DNA of 64,000 nucleotides, taken from Eledone cirrhosa. Lineage: Eukaryota. Both the position numbers and the translations under genes were made by a program. The DNA is taken from the NCBI GenBank assembly GCA_964016885.1, contig OZ024743.1, forward strand, positions 371,628,001 through 371,692,000, written 5' to 3'. Below, piece by piece: positions 62,607 through 64,000 of the stretch. Position 1 is the stretch's first letter; each line of letters starts with the position of its first letter. The notes under the pieces were generated by a model. That model saw only the letters and a list, made by a program, of their open reading frames with translations. It did not search any database and was not told the DNA's origin.

Positions 62607-64000
62607 TAGGTAGATAGATAGATATATTTCTTTATTTGCCACAAGAGCGCACAAGAAAAGGGGACAATACAAAGACATATGCTGGGGATTTTACATACGG
62701 TCGTGTAAAAGTATTATTAAAACTAACAAATTTAACAATCAAAATCCCCACTAGGGGAGGAATTTAGCATACAGGTCAGTATCCACCAGGACTCTATTCT
62801 TAGCTCTCTCCTGTTTATTATAGTATTGCAGGCAATAACAGAGGAGTTTAAGACTGGATGCCCATGGGAACTCCTGAATGCAGATGATCTCACACTTATA
62901 GCTGATTCTATGGTGGAACTAGAGAAGAAATTCCAAACATGGAAGCAGGGACTAGAAAGAAAGGGTCTCAAACTCAACCTGACAAAGACTAAAGTCCTTG
63001 TAAGTAGACAAGAAAACAGAACCCAGATCCCCTCAGTATGTAGGAACTCCATCCTCTGCCCCAAATGCAAACAATAGATACACAAGAGATGTAGTGGGAT
63101 CTCAGGAAACTTAGCTAAGAATGTAGGCATTACATGTAGCAGCTGCGCATCAAACGGCCACAGGAAACAAGCATTACCAAACTCTGGGAGGGCTCTGTAG
63201 AAACAGTAGACAGCTTTTGCTACCTAGGTGACCAAATTAGCAGCGGAGGTGGGTGTTCGGAAAATACAGTAACCAGGGTAAGAACGGGATGGAAGAAGTT
63301 TAGGGAGCTACTGCCACTGCTAGCTGCAAAAGGCTTTTCCCTCAAAATGAAAGGCAGACTGTATGATGCGTGTATATGAACAGCAATGTTACATGGTAGT
63401 GAGACCTGGGCATTGTGTGTAGAAGGTCTTGTGTAGATTAGAAAGAAACGAAGCTTGCGTGCTCCACTGAATGTTTAATACCCCGTTGATAGAACAACCC
63501 TCAACTTCAGGAGTGTGTTGTGCAAGTGCTCCTTTCTTCCTTTTTCTCTCTTCTTCAACAACCTACAGGTTTATATACAGAGACGGCCCAATCACTCGGG
63601 CCATTTTTGCTACATTCACTCACCTTTCAGTAAATTTACTGGGGTGCAGTGCCTCTCCCTCCACTCTGATTCTCCTTCTAAAGTGATACCTAAAGAAGGG
63701 AATGAGTTGTTGTCAGGAGAGGAAGGCATCTGTCCTCAGTCCTCTCACTCTCATCCATCATATAACCTCTTTCACCATAGTCACTATACAGAGAAAAACC
63801 GCCTCTCTTTCCTTTTTGAAAGGAGTTGGCAGTTTGGTCCTTACTATGGACTCGGCAAGTCAACTGGATTTGTCCCATACGTGACAGCAGTTGTTCTGCG
63901 TAGTTACACAGTTCAGTTACGCCCAGGCAATGTACAATTGCATGCAAGATGGTTTCAATGTCCTGCTCGCATCTTGGACACGTCCTCTTGGAAGGATCCC
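62607..64000 (-). mobile_element. Tx1 copy 5 (3' end; runs off the window), interrupted by an RTE fragment
   Basis: (gata)n tract at 62610-62625; the 3' UTR resumes at about 63471. Confidence 0.88.
62758..63470 (+). mobile_element. Internal RTE RT fragment with no 3' tail
   Basis: Colinear with about 4528-5250 (ADDL, LHGSETW); both ends are internal to the RTE ORF. Confidence 0.88.

Overview
Eukaryotic, AT-rich animal DNA. The SINE and RTE types suggest a cephalopod such as octopus, but that is inference. No intact host protein-coding gene was recognised; the window is almost entirely transposable elements. In order: an R4/Dong-type LINE 3' part; RTE LINEs nested in each other; tRNA-derived SINEs; a fold-back element; a probable minus-strand promoter and first exon near 8.5 kb; a decayed Helitron; and a CsRn1-clade Gypsy provirus (A). 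Next come an RTE split by a DD35D pogo transposon and an 18-kb nest in which an RTE holds Gypsy C, whose 5' LTR holds Mag-type Gypsy D, which holds Gypsy B, while Gypsy E and solo LTR F sit in C's pol. The window ends with a Penelope fragment and a 13-kb head-to-tail array of Tx1-clade LINEs joined by (GATA)n tracts. The most notable observations are four LTR families ending TGTAG...CTAAA instead of ...CA, the apparent (TCTA)n targeting of the Tx1 array, an extra small ORF after pol in Gypsy B, and a SINE/tRNA B-box fragment fixed inside the Gypsy D LTR. All calls come from reading the sequence by eye; no searches were run.
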